A stretch of DNA of 64,000 nt from Dendrobates tinctorius. Lineage: Eukaryota. Below, piece by piece: positions 26,801-39,700 of this stretch (positions within the stretch are counted from its first letter, which is position 1; every line of letters starts with the position of its first letter). The stretch is taken from positions 33,852,001-33,916,000 of the forward strand of contig NW_027361788.1 in assembly GCF_039654945.1 (NCBI RefSeq), read 5' to 3'. The notes below the pieces were generated by a model. That model was given only the letters and a program-made list of their open reading frames with translations, did no database searches and had not been told where the DNA came from. The position numbers and the translations under genes are program-made.

Positions 26801-29800
26801 CCGAAGGTGTGGTGTCCTCGTTTCACCTCAACGAGGATATCGTGCTACCGTCCTTTTGTCCGAATCCAACTCATCCCCGAGAGCGGTCCTTGAACAAGCT
26901 GGACCTGGTTAGGGCGGTAAGAGTCTGTCTAGGACGACTTCCTTGCGAAAGACAGAGTCTCTTTTCATTATCCCTGATGGAGCGCGGAAAGGTCACCCGG
27001 CGTCAAAGGCCACCATTGCTCGCTGGATCAGATCGGCTATCCTGGAAGCCTACCGTGTTAAGCGTCTCGGAGCCCCTCCGGGTATCAGAGCCCACTCTAC
27101 TCGGGCAGTGGGTGCCTCCTGGGCGGTGCGCCACAGAGCTTCCGCACTGCAGCTTTGCAAAGCTGCAACATGGTCATCGGTTCACACGTTTGTGAAATTC
27201 TACAAAGTCCACACCTACGCTTCGGCGGACGCCAGTCTAGGTAGACGGATTCTGCAGGCCGCGGTGGTGAGTCCGCTGGCCTGATGGAAGTTTGTTTCCC
27301 ACCCCAGGGACTGCTTTGGGACGTCCCAAGGTCTCTGTGTCCCCCAATAAGGCGAACGAGACAACAGGATTTTTGGGTTGCTTACCGTAAAATCTGTTTC
27401 TCGGAGCCTTCATTGGGGGACACAGCACCCTCCCATGTTTTACAGCTCCTGTTCTTACTTTGGTTGAATGGTTACAGTTGAGTTGTTTATGTTGTCAACC
27501 TATTCTGTTACTTCTCCTACTGCTTTCTCACTAACTGAGGAATTCTCTGCCGGTCGGTGGGGTGTACACTGCGGAGGAGGAGCTAACCTTTTTTTGTGCA
27601 TAATGTCAGCCTCCTAGTGGCAGCAGCATACACCCAAGGTCTCTGTGTCCCCCAATGAAGGCTCCGAGAAACAGATTTTACGGTAAGCAACCCAAAAATC
27701 CTGTTTTTGCATAGTCTGTTAGACTATAAAGAATGTGACAACAACATTGCAGAAATAGCCCTGACCAAATTTTCGAACCATTTGTGGTATTTGAATGCAG
27801 AGTTGGTGGAATTATCGTTTTTTGATCCCACCATTACAGACAATGAAAAGTTGTTAATGGCTAATAAATTGCTCAGTAGCACAGATGAACCATCAGAGCA
27901 CGCTAAGCTACACGAGTTGATAATTTTACATAGTTATCTAATCTATTCTAGAGCTTTTGTTAAAGTAGTTTTTGAAACGTCAGAATATAATGCTCGGCAT
28001 TTGCTTACAACTTGCAGGACAAATTGCTTTTGTTCTTCATCTTTTGTCAGAAGGTCGTTAAAGTCGGTTACTTCCTACCTCTTAATTTTTCTTTCCTAAC
28101 TTTTGGATTTACAACCCTAGCGTGCTCTGATGGTTCATCTGTGCTACTGAGCAATTTATTAGCCATTAACAACTTTTCATTGTCTGTAATGGTGGGATCA
28201 AAAAACGATAATCCCACCAACTCTGCATTCAAATACCACAAATGGTTCGAAAATTTGGTCAGGGCTATTTCTGCAATGTTGTTGTCACATTCTTTATAGT
28301 CTAACAGACTATGCAAAATACCTAAATCTTAAAATACCTCAATTTGGATTTTTTCAAACTTTGAGCGACGAGCGGCACGGGTTAACGTCGTTTGATCGAG
28401 CTCAAATTTTGGCTATCTCAATATCTGGAAAGGGGAATCGTTTTGTGGGGTCCAGACGGACAAAATTCCGACATCGATTTTTTGCGGTCACCCTAGTGTG
28501 CACTGCCGATCAGGTTGGGTCCCAGCCGTCGCACACCCACTGATCAGCAAGTATTCACCTTCCTGGCTTGTTTTCATTGGACAACCCCTTTAAGAGGTAC
28601 ACTCCCAGTGCATTTTCCTCTGTCTTCATTTTACAGTGTCAGCATTGAGTGTGAGATTTAAGAAATGGCATGAACACGTAGCTAAAATGCGGCATGTCTG
28701 CTGTACAGATGCTATGTGAGAACAAACGGTAAAGAGATGAAGGGAGTAAGTCTGGCCCTGCACAGAAGATAGTAGTCTGCTGGACATTCACGGTTAGCTG
28801 AGAGCGATTCTTCCTAACCTCACCAGCTGCTTATTTCATTTAAAAGAGAGGTCCAGCATTAGAAAAAGATGGCTGCCTTCTTCTGAAAACGACGCCACAC
28901 TCGTCCTAGACGCTGGTGGTCTGCAGGTCACCAACTTTGTGTAGGGATAAGACATGATATTTCCATTCTGACATTCACATGAATCTGAACCCACAACTTA
29001 CGTCTTCTTTGCTGCGGCGAAATTGGTTTAATTCAGTTTTGGTTCTGCTTAGTTGAGTTTCCAGATCCAGAATTTTGGATTGTGTGACCCTCTCTTTGGA
29101 AGACGCTCGCTCCCTGGTCTGCTCTACCTAAAAAAAAAAAAAAGTGTTTTTGATTAGGGCTTAGAAAATTATGGCAGGGGACATCTTGTATAGTGATTGC
29201 TGGATGCAGTGCCGTCGCCTTACGCACCTTGTATACGCCCATAGGCGGAAAGTTACCATAGACCCCTATTCATACATAGAAGGCTAAAAAGGGTGTGTAC
29301 GATGAATACAAATGCCTTAAAGCCCAAATTCAGGGTGCAAAGATCTTGAAAGGGAATATGGTTGCATAAAATCAAACCAAGCACAGGTGCTCAGTGCACC
29401 CTTGGTGTGGCCAGACAGTTCAGTGTGTTTTCCCTCCCACTTGTTTCCCCTCTATCTTAGCCCTCTTCCTTGAGTGACAGCTTTGGCTTTACAGGAGCCA
29501 GATGAGGGGTGATGGATGTAAAACAAGTAATTAGGAAGGAGCACTGAACTGCTCTGCAGCACCAAGAGTGCACCCTGTACCTGTGCTTGGTTTGAAAAGT
29601 TGTAAATGTCCCTACTTGCCTGTCTACGGGAATCCTCGATGGCAGCCTCCAACTGTCGAGATAAAGAGGCACACTCCCGGGTTTTCTCCTCCAGGCGGAG
29701 CTGGTTCTGATGAATCGTCTCTTCTCGTTTGGCCACAACTTGTAGAAGTTCCCGGTTCTGAGCTCCAGCGTCGTCCAGTCTCCTTTATCAGAAGAGCATC

Positions 29801-32800
29801 GCGTAAAGTTTAGCCATGTGGGCGAGTGTGCAGCAACATTGCTGGGTCTGTGTCATGTGTGGTGCGGGTTGGGGGGCTGTACAGGACAAGAGTCCTCTCT
29901 GATGCCCATGAGTTGGGTCTTGCAGTATGCACGCCCAGAGTACTGATACTTGGCGCCCTCATGTTACAGATCACCTACCTTTCTAACTCTTCCAGTTTTA
30001 GAGCTTGAAGTTTGTTCTCTTCCATTGCAGACTGATAGCGATCTCTTGTGGACTCCATCTTGTCTCCTTGCTGCTCCATCTACAACATGAATAAAAAGTA
30101 GAGCCATTTGTATTCATTAACAACTTTACACTGCAGGTTACTGGTTGTCAGCCAGCTCTCCGAAATGCCTCTATCCTTTGGTCCACTTCCTACATTCTCT
30201 GTCTGGCGTTTGCTAATCCAGAGTCTGATGGTCCGATACTGTATGAGAACTGTGGTTTTGCCTCCTTTCCACCTCGCTTCTCCAGAATCTTCATGGTAGA
30301 GCCTGTTCCTTACCAGAATCCGCAGATCGGAGATGATGGAGGAAAGCTCGGCATTCTTCTGCTCGTACCCCTGCAGCTGGTCCTGACAGTCCTGAAGCTT
30401 CAGCTCCGTCATCTTCAGCATCTCTGGTAGCTTTTCCAATTCCTCCAAGCGATTCTGAAACTTTCGATGAATCTGCAGACAAGGGGGAGGCTACTTTGAG
30501 ATACATCTATGTGCAGGGAAAAGGCTAGTCTACGGGTACTGTTCTGGAAACTGGTGGACACAGACACCAAGAAGTTGGATCCCTTCGTGGAGTAAGAGGT
30601 GGCCATGCCTGGTCCTGGAGACTGGCATCGCTTCATATCCCAAATCTAGCTATAGGTCTGGCGCTCAATTACAATGGTTGTCCAGTTTGGCAAATCCATT
30701 TCCATACACGCCATTAGTTAGTAGAGGGGATCCATGTCTTGGACCGAGTGGATAACAACGGACCCGTCCTGTCCAAAATTTTACAAACTACTGACTTGAA
30801 TGGGCTCTGTGTAATACTTCACTTCCTCTATGGTGGCGCTGCAGGAAAAACTATAAAGTGGCAGGAGTTACCACAGATCAGTGGAGGGTCCCAGCAAGAG
30901 GGATGTATTGTGATCATTTTAGGGCTTGTCCAGTCCAGAGAACCCTTCTAATACATGTTGCAGATGGACGGCACAGAAGTGTAGAAAAATCGACATCAGA
31001 TCCAATCATTTTACTAAGTTGGAAAATTCATAAGTAGCCATTTGTAAGAATAAACGTTTTAGGTCAATCCTGTAATCTTCGGTAGCTGGCGCTGATCATC
31101 TGCTGGACCGGTTGTCCGATGCCTCAGTATTGTTAATAGCAACGTCTGATAACTTAATATTTTCACGAATGTAAAAATATCTGGTAATATGAAAACTGTA
31201 AATGTCCCATCCTCCATTGTGTCTGTGTCCACCAATTTCCAGAACACATCGGATTATGCAAAAGGAAGCCATGGTGGGTATGTGCTCAGACGGTACGTTC
31301 AATGTTTTATTATGCCCATATACCTTACATAAGGCAGCTGATCTACTGACATTGCCCCCACCATACACATTAGAGGGGGCTTTAGGTTATGAGGACAGCA
31401 ACAGTCTCTGTATAACGCTGCATTCACACATTGGTCTCTCAGAGTCTGTGATTCACGGACCAGCAGGATACACAGTCCTATGTGCCTATGAGGCTGTTGA
31501 GTTCAAGTCAGAAGACCCTCATCTGGTCTGTGAATGCGGCCTAAGGGTGCTGTGCAGTCAGCCTTGTCCCAAAGCTGGCTGGTCAATATGAGCCGAATGC
31601 TGTGGCGCCACTACACTGCAGACATGGCACATGTAGGACTGCATGTGTATCCTTTATTAGAGGTTATAGACTTGGAGATCGTGTTGTCCAGAATTAGGAA
31701 CACAAGGCTGCCTTTCCCTTTCAGAGACAAGTCCAGCAATACCTTCACGTACTTAGTTCTTTATTGAGAAATCAGAATTTGATTTAATATGCAAATGTGG
31801 CTGAAGAGCGATGGTAGATCTGAAGCCTCTGTCACTCCGGCTCTCTTCACTGACAAGCATAGCCTCCTCCTCGGGATTCGGTGCTTGACCCAGGGAGTAA
31901 AGCATACCTTGGTTGCCTTTCGTAAAACTGCAGCTAGGTGACGGGGTTCCAAAATCGGAAAAAAAACTCTTTAAAAAGGTGAAGAGTGCAGAGGTACAAT
32001 CCCATAGCCAACCTGCAGACAGGTGGTGCTGTTTTGAAGCAGCGTTTGGTAATCCAAGCCAACCACTTTAAATAAATCACTTATACCTGCTCCAGCTCCA
32101 CGTTCATTTCCTCCTTCATGTTCTTATTCTCCATGTCCGATCTTTCCAGCCGGACGCACATTTGATCGGCCTCCTGACGAGTTTTCTTCATCTATAGGAG
32201 AGAATTAGTGGGGTCTTTATGGATTGAACATGGGCGGTTGTGGAGCTTTGTCAGGGTGTAGCGCTAGGTGGTCCATGATATGGTATGTGGAAGGTAGTAG
32301 GATCAGTATTGGTTCTCACAGTGTATATTAGATTATCAGCCATTACTAGCGAGGGGGAACAAACCTGATCCTTGTAGGTGTCTACGAGACCCTCGTACTG
32401 CCGCAGAGAGCCCTTGAGCTGCTGCACCTCGCTGTGAGCCAGAGTCAGCTTTTCCTCCACCGTGGTTAGTTGTGCCTAGATAATAGTAACACAGTGACAT
32501 TTCTTCTGACCGCTGCCCTGTATCTCTTGACCGCTGCAGCCAATCAACACTTAACAGCTGCGGCCTTCAGTATTCCCTTAGAGAGGAAGTAAAGGCTGCA
32601 GCTGTTCAAAGGTCGCTGATTAACTGTAATGGTCACATGGTGTAGTCATACGACTGCTGGGAAAAACAGCTTTGTGATTGGAGGAAGGGTTCCTGGAAGA
32701 CAGTATGCACTTTTTTCTATACTACAGTGGAGCTCTGAAGAAGGAATTATCCAGGGGTAGAAAACCCCTTTAAATATCACTATATGGGTCATAAGACATT

Positions 32801-35800
32801 ATCACTATCATTTACCTTCTATTAAAACACACAAAAAAACACACAGAGTTATGCGATTTACTCAGTATGGTGCCATGACACACATGCTCAGTCACTGCTG
32901 CCGAGTAGGGATCATCGCGAGCAGCCAATAGACAGCTTTCTGGCCTGTGCATGGTTGTGGAGCCAAAGAGACACTCAGCAGGGATAGTAATAGGGGATGT
33001 CCGAGGGAGAAGGAGACGGATTTTGCTTATAGCCCACCATCAGCAGATCAGTGGGATAAGTAATTGCTGCGAGACCCAATTAAAAGCTAAAACAAAAAAA
33101 GGGGCACATTTTTTTTCCTACTATTAACAGACCTTAAGCTTCTCATACTCCAGGCGGAGGCTAGTGTTCTCTGCTGTCTGCTGGTGCAGTCGGTCTAGTA
33201 TGGATTCTCGTTCAGAGCGTGACTTCTGCTCGCCATGCTGCTTTTCTTCTAACATTTGGCTCATGCGGCTGTGAACACAGGACAGATTCAGATCTGAGGG
33301 CACAACTTTGGTAGATTTACAGTGAGTAATCAGAAAACACCCCATTAAAAGGGGTTCTCTGGGAGTTTTAATATTTTTGTGAATGGGGCTAACAAATTAC
33401 AGGCAGATTCTGCATGGCGTGGATCTCTGCCAGCGATTCTGCGACTTCTGATGTCCTCACGTCAACAAAGTAGAGTCTTACGCTCTGTTGATGGGGCGAC
33501 TCTGCCCATGCCATGCTGATTGATAGGAAGTAGGGGGCCAGCGAACTGAGGGGGTTTTGTATCAATCAGCCTGGCATCAGCAGTCAGAAATCACAGAGAT
33601 CTTCCCTGTGCAGAACAGGCAGGTAATTATCAACTACCTGTTCATTTGTCTTTAGCCCCATACATAAAAAGAATAATGGTTCTGGATAACCTCTTTAAAG
33701 CGTAGAAAAAAAGATCATAGTGCAGGACCGGGCAATATAATTTTCCCCATTATTAGAGGTTTTTGCTGTAAATCTGCAGCACCGACCACTGAAGTCCGCT
33801 CTGCACTAACCTGTGTCCTGCTCGGCTGCGTCTTCAGTGCGGGAGTGAGAATCATATGATCTTACACCGTTAGTTCCAGCACTGAAGCCGGGAGCTGCCT
33901 AGGATAGTGCAGCACAGACTTGGGCTGTCGGTGATGCAGGTTAATAGCAAACACCTCTAATAAAGTAATTGTAAAGAACGATTATACTGCCCAGTCCTGC
34001 ATATTAATGGTTTTTGTTCTGAAAGTGGATGAACATGTTTTTTTCCAGTTCAGAACCAGTGGTTTATACTGGTGTCGGCAATGTTCCCAGCACATCTGGT
34101 CTCCTGTCCTGTAGAAGCACTGCGTTGGATTGCAGTCGATAGTTGGGCTCATCTTACTCATTCAGCAGGGCAATCTCTGACTCCGTCTGACTCCTGTCTT
34201 TCGTCAGGACATTACATCGGCTCTTCAAGGTCTCAATACTTGCTAGAGCTGAAGAAAGCTCGGCGTCCTGTCATAAAAAATGGTGGCATTGAGCTCATGC
34301 GACCTACAGACAATAGGACAGCCAATGCGGACATTGATGGAGACTCAGCGGCTGGGTCTCACCCGTTCACACAATGACACTGACTGCTACTCGCCTTTGC
34401 CAGGAGCTGATTATTAAGCAGCTGCACAGTCTCCTCACTTTTCTCTGCCCGATGCTTCTGGGCACGAGCAGATTTCTTCAGACCCTCCTTGTCGGACTCC
34501 AGTTTGTGCCGGAGTTCATCAAGTTGTGCCGTCAGCAGTTCAAGTTCTTCCTTATGTCGGACTTCATTGTGCTCCATGTTCTGAAACCAAAAGACTGGTT
34601 AAAGGGGTACCCCAGGCTAGATAAACTATCATCAGTGGGATAGGTTATAATTGTTAGAGGAGTTTGGGTCCTACCGCTGGGACCCCTCTGACTACCAGAA
34701 TAAAGGATTTGTGTCTCAGTTCTGCAGCTCCTTTCAGCTCCTACTGGTTTCAACCGTGAAGGAACCAATGGAGACTGATTGCTGCGGGTCATACCTCTGA
34801 GACCATCCCCGAAAAGGAGAACAATTATCCCACTTCCATTTAAGTAGGTTAGTTATAGTGTGCTGACTCCTTTCCCTGCATTGTACTGCACATCCCCAAT
34901 TGTCACAACTCTGTTGTCAGATTACCAGGGGCTCCTTCCCTGTCCCTAACACTAGGGGCGCCCTAGCTATCCCTGCGCCCTGGATTACTTTTGATGGTGA
35001 AGACGCCGGGGTCATGTACCTTGCTAAATTTCTGAAACAGCACTATATCTGCCTGCCCAAGGGAGGACGTACAGGGATAAATGAATAGAGCAATCATACA
35101 AATATGCACTCACAGACAACAGAGAGGAACCCCGGGGAGAAAAGGAAGGAAAACAAAATAGGAGAGTATGAGGATTTGCATGCAGCAGAATTATTATGCA
35201 CCACTCCCAATGCCTCTACCAACAACGGACTCCTCCACTCCACACCAGGCAGTACAAGACTAACTCTGGCAATCCAGATTGTCAGGTTGAGTATATATAT
35301 ATAAGAGGAGAGAGTGGCCAACACTGAGCAGCTGAGATCATCCAAGCAGGAAAGCTTCAGAGACTCTAAGGTGAACGGTTTAATCCCTCGACTGCTAACA
35401 GAAACCTGCACAATTTAATATGAAGGAAAAGTGCTTCTAACCAGTAGGAAAGCTCAGACTCTGCAGTCTTCTGGCTCTTCTCTGTGACGGCAAACCCATG
35501 ACACCAATAAGGCAAACATGGGGCTGTGTTCTTACCCTCATCTGGACGGACAGTCGATTATTCTCAGCCTCCCGGCTCCGTAGCTGCCCCTGTAGGTGAG
35601 CTCTCGTTGCTTCTACAGATTTGGTAAATTCAGTTGATGTTCTACATAAATCCTATGGAAAAATAAATAAATCAGAACTAAAATTAAGAACTTCCCCAAT
35701 CCCCTCTCTGACAGACAGATGGGAATATTCCTCAAACCTTTTCTGTCTTCAATTGTACCCTGAGGTCTTCCAGCTCTTTATCCCTCTCGTGGAGTCTCAG

Positions 35801-36690
35801 CTGGAGATGCTATGGGAGCACAAGAAGGATTAGAGGTGGTCTTAGTGTACAGATGAGGGTCTTGGCAGAATTGAGACAGGGTGTATATTTTCCATCTTTA
35901 GCAGCAGACGTATCCTAAGTGCTCACTTTGTTAAGGTCAATTTATCCCCTTTGCACACACTGATGTACATGTCTGTATGTATGAGTGAGCACTGGCAATT
36001 ATAGGGCAGATGTCGGCTGCGTAATACAGCCCGCACCTGCCTCTAACAGCAGAGACCAGAGCTAGGTCTAGTAGGTGACGATGTGCGTGTGTATTGGTGC
36101 TGGCTCTGACATGGCAAATCATAAAGGAAAAAAAAATGGAAAATGACTTATTTCAGTGTCACCGCTCCCAAAAAATGCAAGGAAAAAGTGATCAAAGTGT
36201 TGTATATATCACTAGGTGGTATTGTTTAAAATGCCAGCTCGCGACACAAAAAGACAAGGCGTCACACAGCTCCACGGACAAAAAAAAAGTTACAGGTCTC
36301 TTAAGTTTAGAATTGTTTTTTTAAATTATATATATAAAAAAAGTTTGGCAACACTGTAATTGTCATGACATGGAGAATCGTGTCACTGGGTCAATTTTAC
36401 TTTATGATGAATGTCGTAAAAACAAAACAATGGTGAAAGTTTTATTTTTTAACTATTTCACTGCACTAGGATTTTTTTCCTGTTTTTTTTTCCAATAAAT
36501 TAAATGGTGAACTGAAAGTTTTAAATCTATGACTCGTCCAGCAAAAAAAAAAAAAAAAAAAATCACATGCTTATGTTGACCGTAAAATAAAAAAAAAAAA
36601 AAAAAAAGTAGTTCTTGGAAGAAAAAGCGGACAAAAAAACGGAAGTGCAAAAATTAAAAATGCAGTCAGGAAGGGGTTAACTACCCATGG

Positions 36691-36775
<85 letters not shown>

Positions 36776-39700
36776 CAGGTTTTAGATTTCTGCAAGCAGT
36801 AGTGAGGAATCCCATCACCTCTGGATTGCTGTCACCTCCCTCAGTTCCCCAGTGGAGGGCAGTGTCCATACCGCTCTCTCCGTGTCTGCATCTGACAACT
36901 TTCTCAGTAACAGCTCCTTCTGCTCCAGTAGTCGATGAGTCTCTGTCTGTTGGAAATTCAGAGTACATATGCCATCAATTATATTGCTATTGGAAAGCGC
37001 CTTTGATGTACTTGGGAACGCTTTCTCTAACCTTAATGAGTTCTGTGATCGCTAAAGTGTCTCATAATTTATAACATTTACCTGTATATCTGACGGATTT
37101 ATCGAAATTGTTGTGCACAAAATGTATGGAGGATTGATGAAATGTGTGGCATATTGGTGAAATGCGGGGAGGATTGGTGAAATGTGGGGAGGATTGGTGA
37201 AATGAGGGGAGGATTGGTGAAATGAGGGGAGGATTGGTGAAATGAGGGAAGGATTGGTGAAATGTGTGGAGGAGTGGTGAAATGAGGGAAGGATTGGTGA
37301 AATGCGGGGAGGATTGGTGAAATGTGGGGAGGATTGGTGAAATGAGGGGAGGATTGGTGAAATGTGTGGAGGATTGGTGAAATGAGGGGAGGATTGGTGA
37401 AATGTGTGGAGGAGTGGTGAAATGAGGGAAGGATTGGTGAAATGTGTGGAGGAGTGGTGAAATGAGGGAAGGATTGGTGAAATGAGGGGAGGATTGGTGA
37501 AATGAGGGGAGGATTGGTGAAATGAGGGGAGGATTGGTGAAATGAGGGAAGGATTGGTGAAATGAGGGGAGGATTGGTGAAATGAGGGGAGGATTGGTGA
37601 AATGAGGGGAGGATTGGTGAAATGAGGGGAGGATTGGTGAAATGTGTGGAGGAGTGGTGAAATGAGGGAAGGAGTGGTGAAATGTGTGGAGGAGTGGTGA
37701 AATGAGGGAAGGATTGGTGAAATGTGTGGAGGAGTGGTGAAATGAGGGAAGGATTGGTGAAATGAGGGAAGGATTGGTGAAATGAGGGAAGGATTGGTGA
37801 AATGCGGGGAGGATTGGTGAAATGAGGGAAGGATTGGTGAAATGAGGGAAGGATTGGTGAAATGTGGGGAGGATTGGTGAAATGAGGGGAGGATTGGTGA
37901 AATGAGGGGAGGATTGGTGAAATGTGGGGAGGATTGGTGAAATGTGTGGAGGAGTGGTGAAATGAGGGGAGGATTGGTGAAATGAGGGAAGGATTGGTGA
38001 AATGAGGGAAGGATTGGTGAAATGTGTGTAGGAGTGGTGAAATGAGGGGAGGATTGGTGAAATGAGGGAAGGATTGTGAAATGTGTGGGGGACTGGTGAA
38101 ATGAGGGGAGGATTGGTGAAATGAGGGGAGGATTGGTGAAATGAGGGGAGGATTGGTGAAATGAGGGGAGGATTGGTGAAATGAGGGGAGGATTGGTGAA
38201 ATGAGGGGAGGATTGTGAAATGTGTGGGGGACTGGTGAAATGAGGGGAGGATTGGTGAAATGAGGGGAGGATTGGTGAAATGAGGGGAGGATTGGTGAAA
38301 TGAGGGGAGGATTGGTGAAATGAGGGGAGGATTGGTGAAATGAGGGAAGGAGTGGTGAAATGAGGGAAGGAGTGGTGAAATGAGGGGAGGATTGGTGAAT
38401 TGAGGGGAGGATTGGTGAAATGAGGGGAGGATTGGTGAAATGAGGGGAGGATTGGTGAAATGTGTGGAGGAGTGGTGAAATGAGGGGAGGATTGTTGAAA
38501 TTTGTGTAGGAGTGGTGAAATGAGGGGAGGATTGGTGAAATGAGGGGAGGATTGGTGAAATGAGGGGAGGATTGGTGAAATGAGGGAAGGATTGGTGAAA
38601 TGAGGGAAGGATTGGTGAAATGTGTGTAGGAGTGGTGAAATGAGGGGAGGATTGGTGAAATGAGGGAAGGATTGGTGAAATGAGGGAAGGATTGGTGAAA
38701 TGAGGGAAGGATTGGTGAAATGAGGGGAGGATTGTGAAATGTGTGGGGGACTGGTGAAATGAGGGGAGGATTGGTGAAATGTGTGGAGGATTGGTGAAAT
38801 GAGGGGAGGATTGGTGAAATGAGGGGAGGATTGGTGAAATGAGGGGAGGATTGGTGAAATGAGGGGAGGATTGGTGAAATGAGGGGAGGATTGGTGAAAA
38901 GAGGGGAGGATTGGTGAAAAGAGGGGAGGATTGGTGAAATGTGGGGAGGATTGGTGAAATGTGTGTAGGAGTGGTGAAATGAGGGGAGGATTGGTGAAAT
39001 GAGGGGAGGATTGGTGAAATGAGGGGAGGATTGGTGAAATGAGGGGAGGATTGGTGAAATGAGGGGAGGATTGGTGAAATGAGGGGAGGATTGGTGAAAT
39101 GTGGGGAGGATTGGTGAAATGTGGGGAGGAGTGGTGAAATGAGGGGAGGATTGTTGAAATTTGTGTAGGAGTGGTGAAATGAGGGGAGGATTGGTGAAAT
39201 GAGGGAAGGATTGGTGAAATGAGGGGAGGATTGGTGAAATGAGGGGAGGATTGGTGAAATGTGTGTAGGAGTGGTGAAATGAGGGGAGGATTGGTGAAAT
39301 GAGGGAAGGATTGGTGAAATGAGGGGAGGATTGGTGAAATGAGGGGAGGATTGGTGAAATGAGGGGAGGATTGGTGAAATGAGGGGAGGATTGGTGAAAT
39401 GAGGGGAGGATTGGTGAAATGAGGGGAGGATTGGTGAAATGTGTGGAGGAGTGGTGAAATGCGGGGAGGATTGGTGAAATGAGGGGAGGATTGATGAAAT
39501 GTGTGGCATATTGGTGAAATGTGGGGAGGATTGGTGAAATGTGGGGAGGATTGGTGAAATGTGTGGAGGAGTGGTGAAATGAGGGAAGGATTGGTGAAAT
39601 GAGGGGAGGATTGGTGAAATGAGGGGAGGATTGGTGAAATGAGGGGAGGATTGGTGAAATGAGGGGAGGATTGGTGAAATGAGTGTAGGAGTGGTGAAAT

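Larger units (their letters stand above)
21678..27707 (+). mobile_element. DIRS1-type retrotransposon, copy C, full length
   Basis: The left ITR (21678-~21817) is almost identical to the inverted right ITR (~27533-27657), with a right extension to ~27707. The ICR (~27325-27425) is complementary to both ends. Both boundaries fall in T-runs and there is no TSD. Confidence 0.97.
21490..28495 (-). mobile_element. Non-autonomous fold-back hAT (hATm-like) DNA transposon, ~1 kb without the nested DIRS
   Basis: Termini are TAGGGTGAC...GTCACCCTA with an 8-bp TSD GTGTGCAC (21482-21489, 28496-28503). The inverted arms are ~380 bp. Transposase remnants read KFSNHLWYLNAELVGLSFFD (28316-28120) and DFNDLLTKDEEQKQFVLQVV..* (~28068-27943). 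Confidence 0.85.

Noticed and set aside
27707-28316. Two convergent small genes with identical N-termini
   Set aside because: They are the inverted arms of the hAT derivative carrying a transposase fragment.
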